A DNA stretch of 64,000 nt from an uncultured Chloroflexia bacterium (GTDB lineage: Bacteria; Chloroflexota; Limnocylindria; Limnocylindrales; CSP1-4), in NCBI GenBank assembly GCA_963813225.1, contig CAWEYB010000001.1:1152362-1216361 (forward strand), written 5' to 3'. The notes under the pieces are model-generated. The model was given only the letters and a program-made list of their open reading frames with translations, was not told the origin of the DNA and did not search any database. A program made the translations under genes and the position numbers. Shown here in pieces: positions 53,478-64,000 of the stretch; positions within the stretch are counted from its first letter, which is position 1, and each line of letters starts with the position of its first letter.

Positions 53478-53581
53478 CCCTTATCGTGCAGGATGACCTG
53501 CCCGGACTTGGCACCTTGCCGATTCGTCGGTAGGTTGTCGTGGCTTCAACGGGCCGGTCCCTCTGCCACTCTTGATAAGAG
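53478..53581 (-). promoter_or_regulatory. SAM-I (S-box) riboswitch aptamer
   Basis: The minus strand reads CUCUUAUCAAGAGUGGCAGAGGGACCGGCCCGUUGAAGCCACGACAACC..GGUGCCAAGUCC..CACGAUAAGGG. All conserved S-box blocks and the P1 pairing are present, 90 nt upstream of the ATG at 53388. Confidence 0.85.
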
Positions 53582-53650
53582 CTCTTCGGTTGTGTGCGGA
53601 TGCTACGGGCCGCGGGGTTGACCTGTCAACGAGTCGTGGCCGGACCTACC

Positions 53651-53949
53651 ATGACGGCTGTGTCGCGTCGACTTTCCTGTTGTTCTCGCCGCGGCCTTCG
53701 TCGTCACCCAACTCGCGGACGCGGTCACGCGCGCTCGTCGTGGCGCACGAGCTGAACCCCATCATCGGCGCCACGTCGCCGATCGTGTCCGTCGTCCTGA
53801 AGGTCGTCCTGATCTGTTTCGTGCTTGCCGTGGTCCAGGTCATCCGGCTGCAGCGACCTCTCTTGGCGCGCGTCGTCCTCGTCGTCGGTGTGGTCGCGGG
53901 GATCGCCGGGACGATCAGCAACACGGATCTGACACCGATCCGCGGATGA
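53651..53949 (+). CDS. DUF5658-like small membrane protein, two +1 shifts (about 53663 and 53735)
   Basis: FPVVLAAAFVVTQLADAVTRA in one frame, then VVAHELNPIIG..VVLKVVLICFVLAVV in the next. ATG at 53651 is in the third frame. Tentative call. Confidence 0.35.
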
Positions 53950-54143
53950 CGCCGGCGTGTCCGGCGGCCCGTGACAGAGTGACCGACCCCGCACGGCAAC
54001 CATTTCGACACCGTCCCGCAACGTGGTAGCATCCGCCTACTAACGACTGCGGAAGCCGACTCCTGCGACCCTCCCCGAGGGACGCGTCACGCGCGGCCGG
54101 TCGATCGACCGTGATCGCCTGCGCACCAGGAGCCTGACCACCG

Positions 54144-56681
<2,538 letters not shown>

Positions 56682-56683
<2 letters not shown>

Positions 56684-56701
56684 CGCCCGCGGCCGGGCGT
56701 C
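56682..56701. terminator. Hairpin between the convergent mdh and a small minus-strand gene
   Basis: GACGCCCG-cggc-CGGGCGTC, a perfect 8-bp stem. No U tract follows. Confidence 0.4.
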
Positions 56702-56869
56702 CTACAGCGAGACGGAAGCCGGGCTCTCGGCCAGGTCCTCATGCGCCCGTCGGGCGGCATACGCGAGGACGATCGCACCGATCACGAGCGGCGCGAACGC
56801 GAGGCCGAGCGGGATGGCGACGAGGACGAGCAGCAGACCCAGCAGGGTCAGGCCTGGCGTAAGCGACAC
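56702..56869 (-). CDS. Hypothetical 55-aa membrane protein
   Basis: GTG start with AAGGAG 8 nt upstream. Two hydrophobic segments: LTLLGLLLVLVAIPLGLAFAPLVIGAIVLAY. Confidence 0.45.
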   Translation of the reverse strand: MSLTPGLTLLGLLLVLVAIPLGLAFAPLVIGAIVLAYAARRAHEDLAESPASVSL

Positions 56870-57013
56870 GGTCGGGCTCCTTGGCGGACGGGCCGCTGGC
56901 ACCCGGCGAACGTCTCGGGCGCACGGCTCTTCGATGGACCGATCCTGCCCGGCCGGCCGGCGACCGACCATCGTCGAGCGTCCATCGGGGCACTCGTCGA
57001 AGGACGTGCGTGC

Positions 57014-57448
57014 CTAGCTGGCGCCCGTCGTGCAGCGCTTGAACGTCGAGCCGGTCCCGCGGTAGTCGTACACGGTGCCGCCGGCCCTGGCCACGATCTG
57101 GTAGCCGTCGACGACGACCTGTGTGTAGGCCAGGCCCGGTTGCGGACAGCCCAGGCTCCCGTCGGGGAAGGTGACGGACTGGGCCGAGATGACCTCGACC
57201 TGGTCGACCGGGACGCCGGCGGTCTTGGCGATGTCGGCGACCACGGGATCGATCACTGAAGCGGGCAGGTCGATCGTGCCTGGACTCATGGACGCGTCTC
57301 CCACGGGAGCGACGGAGAAACCCGCACCGGCTGGTGTCGGCGACGGTGCCGCAGCGCTTGGCGCCGCCGCGGACGAGCAGCCCGCCACGACGACGGCGGC
57401 GGCCAGCAGGGCGATGCGGACGAGCATGTCCGGGCGATGGTAGGTCAT
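57014..57448 (-). CDS. Putative lipoprotein
   Basis: Signal peptide with lipobox LLAAAVVVAGC-SS. Alternative start at 57427. Confidence 0.6.
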   Translation of the reverse strand: MTYHRPDMLVRIALLAAAVVVAGCSSAAAPSAAAPSPTPAGAGFSVAPVGDASMSPGTIDLPASVIDPVVADIAKTAGVPVDQVEVISAQSVTFPDGSLGCPQPGLAYTQVVVDGYQIVARAGGTVYDYRGTGSTFKRCTTGAS

Positions 57449-57574
57449 GTGGTCGATGTCCTCGTTGCGTGGGGCCGGCGAGGTCGGGCCAGCCGGACGT
57501 TCGACGCGCGGTCGCGCCGGGTGGTTCCCCGACCGGTAGGGTCGAGCCGGACGCTTCGATACACTCACGCCACC

Positions 57575-58464
57575 GTGCCGATCGCCGTCGTGTTCTTCCA
57601 GTTCGACCCGTTCGCCCATCTGCCGGGCGACCTGGCCGTGCGATGGGCGGTCATCGCCCTGGTGGCCGTGATCGTCGCGTCCCTCGTGCTGGCGGGGATC
57701 CTGGCTCGTGCCGGTGGGGTCCGACCCGACGACGTGGCCTTCGTCGCGGTCGGGATCGTGCCCGGTGCGGTGATCGGTGGGCGGCTCGGCTACTTCCTCG
57801 TCCACTCGACCTACTACGGCTCCGCACCCGAGCGCCTGCTCGACCCGTCGGTCGGCGCGATGGACCTCGGCCTGGCGGTCGTCGGCGGCCTCGTGACCGG
57901 CTGTTACGTGGCCAGCCTCCTCGGCGCGCCGCTGGGTCGCTGGCTCCACCTGGCGGCGGCACCCGTCCTGTTCGCGCTCGGGGCCGGCAAGCTCACCATG
58001 GTGCTGGCCGGCGCAGGACAGGGTGTGCCGAGCGTCACCGACCCGGCGACCGCCTATCTCGGCCCCGGACCGTGGGGTTCGCTCCTGCCGGCGCTCCCGT
58101 CGGTCCCGTCGCAGGCGCTCGAGGGCGCGGCCACGCTCGCGATCCTGGCCGTCCTGACCGTGGCCCTGATGGCCGGTGCCTTTCGGGGCCGCGACGGCCG
58201 GCGTTCTATGTCGCGATCGGACTGTGGGCCGTGGCGCGGGCGCTCGTCTCGACCACCTGGCGCGACCCGGTCGTCGCCGGCGGCCTGAACGTGGCGGGCC
58301 TCATCTCGGTGGGGATCGCCATCGGCTGCGCCGTTGCCCTCGTGGTCCTGACGATCCGCAACCACGGCCGGGCGCCCGATGCCGACCCTGCCGATCCTGC
58401 CGACACGGCCGACCCGCGAGTCGATGTCGCATGGCCCGATCCGGAGACGCGCGCGCGGTACTGA
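57575..58464 (+). CDS. Divergent Lgt-family membrane protein (paralogue), one 1-nt deletion near 58205
   Basis: VGIVPGAVIGGRLGYFLV..GAMDLGLAVVGGLVTG resembles the Lgt N-terminal half. The GNFxNxE motif of true Lgt is not seen. The tail FYVAIGLWAVARALV.. is in another frame. Confidence 0.45.
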
Positions 58465-58532
58465 CCAGCCATCCGACCCCGGCCGCGCGCGATGACCGAG
58501 TATCGTGAGACCTCCACGCAGAGGTCGATCCG

Positions 58533-60073
58533 ATGACACAGGTCGCAGAACCCAACGCCCCCGCCGAGGGCCGGACGCCGGCTCGCATCAGCCACTGGAT
58601 CGGTGGCCGGCTCGTCGCCGGCACGTCCGGTCGCGAAGGCCCGGTGTTCGACCCCGCGACCGGCGCAGCTCACCAAGCACGTGGACTTCGCCTCGGTCGC
58701 CGAGGTCGACGCGGCGGTCGCGGCGGCGAAGGCAGCCTTCCCGGCCTGGCGGGCGACCTCGATCTCGAAGCGGACCGACGTCATGTTCCGCATCCGGAAC
58801 GGCGTCGAGGCGCACCGCGACGGAGATCGCCGCGCTGCTGACCGCCGAGCACGGCAAGGTCCCGTCGGATGCCCTCGGCGAGATCGCCCGCGGCCTCGAG
58901 AACCTCGAGTTCGCGTGCGGCATCCCGAGCCTGCTCAAGGGCGGCTTCTCCGAGCAGGTCTCGGGCGGCGTGGACGTCTACCAGATCCGCCAGCCGCTCG
59001 GCGTGGTGGCCGGCATCACCCCGTTCAACTTCCCGGCGATGGTGCCGATGTGGATGTTCGCGACGGCGATCGCGGCGGGCAACACGTTCGTGCTCAAGCC
59101 GTCGGAGAAGGATCCGTCGGCGGCCAACTTCCTGGCCGAGCTCCTGCGCGACGCGGGCGTCCCGGATGGCGTCTTCAACGTCGTCCACGGGGACAAGGTG
59201 GCGGTCGACGCGATCCTCGAGCACCCGGACATCGAGGCCGTCTCGTTCGTGGGCTCGACGCCGATCGCCCGCTACATCTACGAGACCGGGACCAAGGCGG
59301 GCAAGCGCGTGCAGGCGCTCGGCGGCGCGAAGAACCACATGATCGTGCTGCCCGACGCCGACATCGACATGGCCGCCGACGCCGCCGTGTCGGCCGGCTA
59401 CGGCTCGGCCGGCGAGCGGTGCATGGCGATCGCGACGGTCGTGGCGGTCGGCGACGTGGCCGACCCGCTGGTCGAGGCGATCAAGGCACGGCTGCCCAAG
59501 ATCACGGTCGGACCCGGCAGCGACCCGTCGTCCGAGATGGGACCGCTCGTCACCAAGCAGCACCGCGACAAGGTCGCCTCGTACCTCGACAGCGGCCCGG
59601 CCCAGGGCGCCACGCTCGTGACCGACGGCCGCGACCACCCGCTCTACGACGAGTCGGACGGCTTCTTCCTCGGCGTGTCGCTGATCGACCACGTCACGCC
59701 GGCGATGGACGCGTATCGCGACGAGATCTTCGGCCCGGTCCTGACCGTGATGCGGGTCAAGACCTACGACGAGGCGGTCCGCCTCGTGAACGACAACCCG
59801 TACGGCAACGGGACGGCCATCTTCACCCGCGACGGCGGCGCCGCCCGGCAGTTCCAGTTCGAGGTCAACGCCGGGATGGTCGGCATCAACGTGCCGATCC
59901 CGGTCCCGGTCGCGTACTACAGCTTCGGCGGCTGGAAGAACTCGCTGTTCGGCGACCTGCACATGTACGGCCCCGAGGGCGTCCAGTTCTACACGCGGGC
60001 CAAGATCGTGACCTCGCGCTGGCCGGATCCGGGGACCTCCAAGATCGACCTGGGGTTCCCGCGCACACGGTAA
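58533..60073 (+). pseudogene. mmsA: Methylmalonate-semialdehyde dehydrogenase (CoA-acylating), two +1 shifts (about 58668 and 58820)
   Basis: ISHWIGG.., [52 protein letters not shown] across three frames. Confidence 0.85.
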
Positions 60074-60128
60074 GCCCGGGGCCCGGCGACCGGCATCCGG
60101 CCGGTAGACACAGGCACGCGGACGAACG

Positions 60129-60156
60129 GAAGGGCCGCCCTTGCGGGCGGCCCTTC
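60129..60156. terminator. Strong bidirectional hairpin between convergent mmsA and the subtilase gene
   Basis: GAAGGGCCGCCC-ttgc-GGGCGGCCCTTC, a perfect 12-bp GC-rich stem. Confidence 0.6.
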
Positions 60157-60179
60157 GTGATTCCCGATCGGGACGACGG

Positions 60180-63100
60180 TCAGGGTCTGACCGTGATCGC
60201 CTGGACGACCTGGGTGGTGCCGGGCGTGACGTCGGAGGTCATCGAGGCCACCGAGCTGTACGTGCCGGCCTTGCTGGCGGAGACATCGAAGTGGAGCGTC
60301 GCGGATCCGCCGGCGGCGGGCGGCGACGTGTCGACCGACCATTCGGTGTTGTTGGCCGGGGCCGAGGCGAAGTTCTTGCCGCTGGTGCCGTCGCGGTTCT
60401 CGGCACCCCAGTTGATCGGCAACGTGGGCGACTCGTCCGGATCGCCGGCTGACGCGTTGGCGGCTCCGAAGGTCATGGTGATCTGCTCGCTCGACGGGCC
60501 GCTGCCAGCTGAGCCGGAGGCCAGCTGGAACCAGAGCTCGCCCGTATGGGTGGTCGCATTGCTGAAGTTCTTGACCGCGCCGAAGTCGATGACGACCCAG
60601 CTCAGCCCTGCCGACGAGTCGGACAGGGTGGCCGCCCGGATCGCGCCCCCGCCCGCTGCGGACGGGTTCAGGTCGGTCCAGAACATCGCGATCGTGTTGT
60701 TCGGTCGTGCCGTGTTCGGGAACGACTGCGGGGCGAAGTTGGAATCGGCCGCCGTGCCACCGCCGATGACGACGTAACCGTTCGAGGACACACCGATCGA
60801 GGTATACGGCTCGCCACCGTAGAAGAACGTCCCGGTGGGGATGTTCGTGACGGTGTCATCGCCGACACCGGCGAGCGGCGTCACGCCGAAGGCGGACAGC
60901 GGCAGATAGCCACCACCCGGTCCCTCGGTGGCGGTGAAGCCGTCGATCTGGGGCGGGATGGCGCCGGAGAGCGCTCCGCTCCAGGTGACGCCATCGCCAT
61001 GTCCGATCGCGGTCGCCGGGGCTGCGATGTTCGAATACTTGAGGCCCTTGACGTTGTCAAGGTTGGCCACCTTGACGTCCACGTTGGCGGCCGTCTGGGC
61101 GAAGTTGGTGGCCGTCACCGTGCAGTGACTGAGGCCGGTCTTCGCAGCGATGCTCGACGGCGTGCAGGTGTTGGTCAACGAGACCGCGCCCTGCTTCTTG
61201 ACGAAGGCCACCGGGATGGTGACCGGCGTGCCGTTCTTCGGGGTGAGGGTGATCCGGCCGAAGTACTGACCCGCGTCGGCCGTCGGGGCGCTGATGCGCA
61301 CCCAGAAGGTGACGGGCTTGTTCTTGTCCGCGTGGAGCTTGGTGTCGGCGCTCAGGACACCCTTGGCGTTCGGCTTCTGGCCGGACACGATGATCTGGGT
61401 GTTGTCCGGCGACTGGACCGAGACCTTGAGGTCCTGGGCCTTGCCGGACACGTTGATCGCGGTGCGGGTCGTGGTGACCTCACCGGTCATCGTCGTCGCG
61501 TCGATGCTCGGGATGTTCAGGTTGATCCGATGGAGCGGGTCAGCCCCGGCCGCGTTGAAGTCGGCGAAGTTCTCGTCGAACACGAGGGTCGGGTCGACCG
61601 CGCGGTCGGCCCGGATCGAGCCGGCGCCCATGTCGAACGGGTCGGCGGGGGTGGTCCCGTCCTCCTTGACGACGTCCTGGACGGACGACGTCATGAGGGC
61701 CGACTTGATCTCCTCCGGGGTCCAGGTCGGGTGGGCGGCCTTCACGAGGATCGACACGCCGGCCGAGTGCGGGCTGGACATCGAGGTTCCGGCGATGGCC
61801 ATGTACAGGTTGCCCGTCGGACCGTTGTCCGCCGTCGTCTGATCGGGCTGCGGCGTCGTGCCCGCGAGGACCTGGACGCCGGGCGCGGTGACGTCCGGCT
61901 TGATCCAGTCGCCGGTCGGTCCGCGCGACGAGAACGAGGCCATCACGTCGGCCTGGGCCGGCTGGGCGGTGCCCTGGGCCCACGTCGCCATCACGTTGGT
62001 GTGGCTGGTGACGAAGGTGGCGACCGCGTTCGAGTTGAACTGCACCTGGATCGCCGGCAGGTAGTGGTTGTCGGACTCGAGGTCCGTGACCGCGGCCGAG
62101 TTGTTGGTGAGGATCATCCCGGCGGCTCCGCCCGCGGCGACCCGACGGCCCTTGTCGATCCGGCCGTTGACGCCACGGTTGCAGACGACGATCTTGCCGG
62201 CTGCCGTGCCCGCAGCGAGGGTCGACTGGCAGAGTGCGTCCTCACCGGCGAGGGTTGCCGCCATGACGACGGGTGTCGCCGTGGTGATGCCGTTGGTCAA
62301 CGTGACGCCGGCGATGTCCAGTGTCGCGCCGCCGTCGGCGGTGAGATGCAGGGTCGAGGAGAAGCTGCGCGGCCCGGTCGAGGCGCCGACCGTGGTCACC
62401 CACGGGCCGCCATGATCGGAGGTGCCGGCGGTCGGGCCGCTGTTGCCGGCCGAGGCGTTGACCGAGATCCCGGCATGGACCGCGTCGAGGAACGCGAGCT
62501 CGACCGCGTCGGTGTACGGGCTGCCGCCACCGGAGATCGAGTAGTTGATGACGTTCACGCCGTCGGCGATGGCCTGGTTGATCGCCGACACGGAGTCGGA
62601 GCCGAAGCAGCCTGCCGCGGCGCAGACGCGATATTCGATGACATGCGCGCCCGGGGCGATGCCGCAGACGGGACCGCGCTCGGCCCCGTACAACATCGCC
62701 GTCGTGACGCAGTCACCTGCGGCTGTGGTGGTGGTGTGGGTGCCGTGGCCCTCGGGGTCGCGGGCGGAGCACTGCTTGCTGGTGTTGTTGCAGAACTCGT
62801 TCGCGCCCGCCCCGGTATTGGCCATGTAGTTGGCCATCTTGGCGTAGGCGCCGATGAGCTTGTTGTTGCAGGTGAAGGTCGGACCGAGATCGGCGGTGTC
62901 GGTGCCGTCACCGAACTGGCACGCCTTCAGCCCACCCGCAGGTGCGCTCAGGCTGCCCGGGGCGAGCATCGGATGCTCAGGCCAGACACCGGTGTCGATG
63001 TCGCCGAAGATCACGTTGCTGCCGGCCGTGGCCGAGCCACCGAGCGACGGCCACACGGCGGTCGCGCCGATGAACCCGGTGTTGTCATCGAGCGGCTGCT

Positions 63101-63620
63101 CGAGCGTGTCCGACTGGACCGCCACGACGCCGGGCACCTTGAGCAGGGCGGCGATCTGGTTGGCGGTGACGCGTCCGGAGACGCCGCCATACGCGGTCCC
63201 GAATGACTCGTTGACCTTGAGGGACGGCGCGGCCTTCTGGGCGGCCGCGGTGATGCCCTTGGTCAGCTTGGCGGTGTAGGCGTCATATGCCTTGACCGCG
63301 GCCGCGTTGGCCTTGAGCGACTTGCCGGTCACCCGCGGGCTGGTCGCCGCGAGGCCGTTGACGCCACCCGTATAGGTCGCCGAGGCGTCGAAGTCGTACT
63401 TGATGACCACGTTGACCGGCGTCGCGTCATGGCGACCGAGCAGCTTGGGATCGCTCTTGGCGATCGCGCCGGACGTTGACTTGGGCGTGCTGAACGTGGA
63501 CACCGGGTTCAGCTGGGTGGCCGTGAACTTCGACGGATCTGCACCGGACACGGCGCCGGCGAAGATGGTCTGCCCGAGCAGCAGGCAGAGTGTGGCGAGG
63601 GCGACGGGGATCCGTCTCAC
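60180..63620 (-). CDS. Secreted S8 subtilase with I9 propeptide, PA-domain insertion and large C-terminal extension
   Basis: Catalytic contexts DTGVWPEHP (Asp), HGTHTTTTAAG (His) and GTSMSSPHSAG (Ser). GTG start with GGGAGGAG RBS and signal peptide ..LLGQTIFAGAVSG. Intact over 3.4 kb. An upstream ATG lies at 63659. Confidence 0.9.
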   Translation of the reverse strand: MRRIPVALATLCLLLGQTIFAGAVSGADPSKFTATQLNPVSTFSTPKSTSGAIAKSDPKLLGRHDATPVNVVIKYDFDASATYTGGVNGLAATSPRVTGKSLKANAAAVKAYDAYTAKLTKGITAAAQKAAPSLKVNESFGTAYGGVSGRVTANQIAALLKVPGVVAVQSDTLEQPLDDNTGFIGATAVWPSLGGSATAGSNVIFGDIDTGVWPEHPMLAPGSLSAPAGGLKACQFGDGTDTADLGPTFTCNNKLIGAYAKMANYMANTGAGANEFCNNTSKQCSARDPEGHGTHTTTTAAGDCVTTAMLYGAERGPVCGIAPGAHVIEYRVCAAAGCFGSDSVSAINQAIADGVNVINYSISGGGSPYTDAVELAFLDAVHAGISVNASAGNSGPTAGTSDHGGPWVTTVGASTGPRSFSSTLHLTADGGATLDIAGVTLTNGITTATPVVMAATLAGEDALCQSTLAAGTAAGKIVVCNRGVNGRIDKGRRVAAGGAAGMILTNNSAAVTDLESDNHYLPAIQVQFNSNAVATFVTSHTNVMATWAQGTAQPAQADVMASFSSRGPTGDWIKPDVTAPGVQVLAGTTPQPDQTTADNGPTGNLYMAIAGTSMSSPHSAGVSILVKAAHPTWTPEEIKSALMTSSVQDVVKEDGTTPADPFDMGAGSIRADRAVDPTLVFDENFADFNAAGADPLHRINLNIPSIDATTMTGEVTTTRTAINVSGKAQDLKVSVQSPDNTQIIVSGQKPNAKGVLSADTKLHADKNKPVTFWVRISAPTADAGQYFGRITLTPKNGTPVTIPVAFVKKQGAVSLTNTCTPSSIAAKTGLSHCTVTATNFAQTAANVDVKVANLDNVKGLKYSNIAAPATAIGHGDGVTWSGALSGAIPPQIDGFTATEGPGGGYLPLSAFGVTPLAGVGDDTVTNIPTGTFFYGGEPYTSIGVSSNGYVVIGGGTAADSNFAPQSFPNTARPNNTIAMFWTDLNPSAAGGGAIRAATLSDSSAGLSWVVIDFGAVKNFSNATTHTGELWFQLASGSAGSGPSSEQITMTFGAANASAGDPDESPTLPINWGAENRDGTSGKNFASAPANNTEWSVDTSPPAAGGSATLHFDVSASKAGTYSSVASMTSDVTPGTTQVVQAITVRP

Positions 63621-63914
63621 GGGCGCTCTCCTCCCTGTTCGAGGCCATGCAGCGGCCACGGCGGGGTGGCGCTCTGGGCGGCCTCTGGAATGGGTTGACG
63701 GTACGCCGCTACGCGGGCCGTGAGGTCAATATCAACCGCATTGGCACAACGGGGCAGACGTGTCGGTGACGGTGCCGGAAACGTCACCGAAACGGTCGGG
63801 GAAGCGGCGTTTCGAACGTGTCACGCCGTTGCAAGCCGAAGTCCGGTCGCGGTCTCGACCGTCGGTGATGCCGTCGCGCACGACTCTGGAGGTCCAGATC
63901 CCAGGAGGACCGAC

Positions 63915-64000
63915 GATGACCGAATACCAGCGGACCACCACCCAACAGACGAACACGACCGATGCCTACGGGGCGCCGGCGCCGGTCGCGAGCACCGTCC
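63915..64000 (+). CDS. 5' end of an unidentified gene, runs off the window
   Basis: AGGAGG RBS then ATG. Reads MTEYQRTTTQQTNTTDAYGAPAPVASTV. Confidence 0.4.

Noticed and set aside
60546-63206. 886-aa ORF on the plus strand
   Set aside because: Antisense to the subtilase, which has clear catalytic motifs. It is Arg/Gly/Asp-rich junk.

Overview
Very GC-rich bacterial chromosomal segment. Its gene content looks like Actinomycetota or a similar high-GC Gram-positive lineage: PknB-type kinase, RskA-type anti-sigma factor, Lgt, SufBD plus a Rieske protein, LDH-like Mdh. I can support about 65 protein genes, one tRNA-Gly(UCC), one SAM-I riboswitch, two hairpin terminators and one promoter/operator. 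I saw no CRISPR array, no transposase or IS element and no rRNA. The content is mostly housekeeping and transport: Ser/Thr kinase, a double ABC-2 exporter, a NiCoT transporter with a Fur-family regulator, FabI, an amino-acid/CoA-transferase catabolic cluster, sufBD, an ECF sigma/anti-sigma pair, lgt/plsC, CBS and cystathionine lyase, pckA, mdh, mmsA, and a 1147-aa secreted subtilase. The best supported system is a SAM-I riboswitch driving a zinc-ribbon ThrC homologue translationally coupled to a GG-ended ThiS/MoaD carrier (MetM/MetO-type homocysteine synthesis), lying next to reverse-transsulfuration genes. The most striking sequence-level anomaly is a zone at about 12.1-18.75 kb where seven consecutive genes carry 30 or more single-base indels (mostly +1 insertions in G/C runs) but no in-frame stops. 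About 15 further isolated indels are scattered elsewhere, while many long genes, including a 3.4-kb one, are intact. I read this as most likely a sequence-quality artefact, but it needs read-level checking. All family calls rest on motifs read by eye from the supplied translations; no database search was run.
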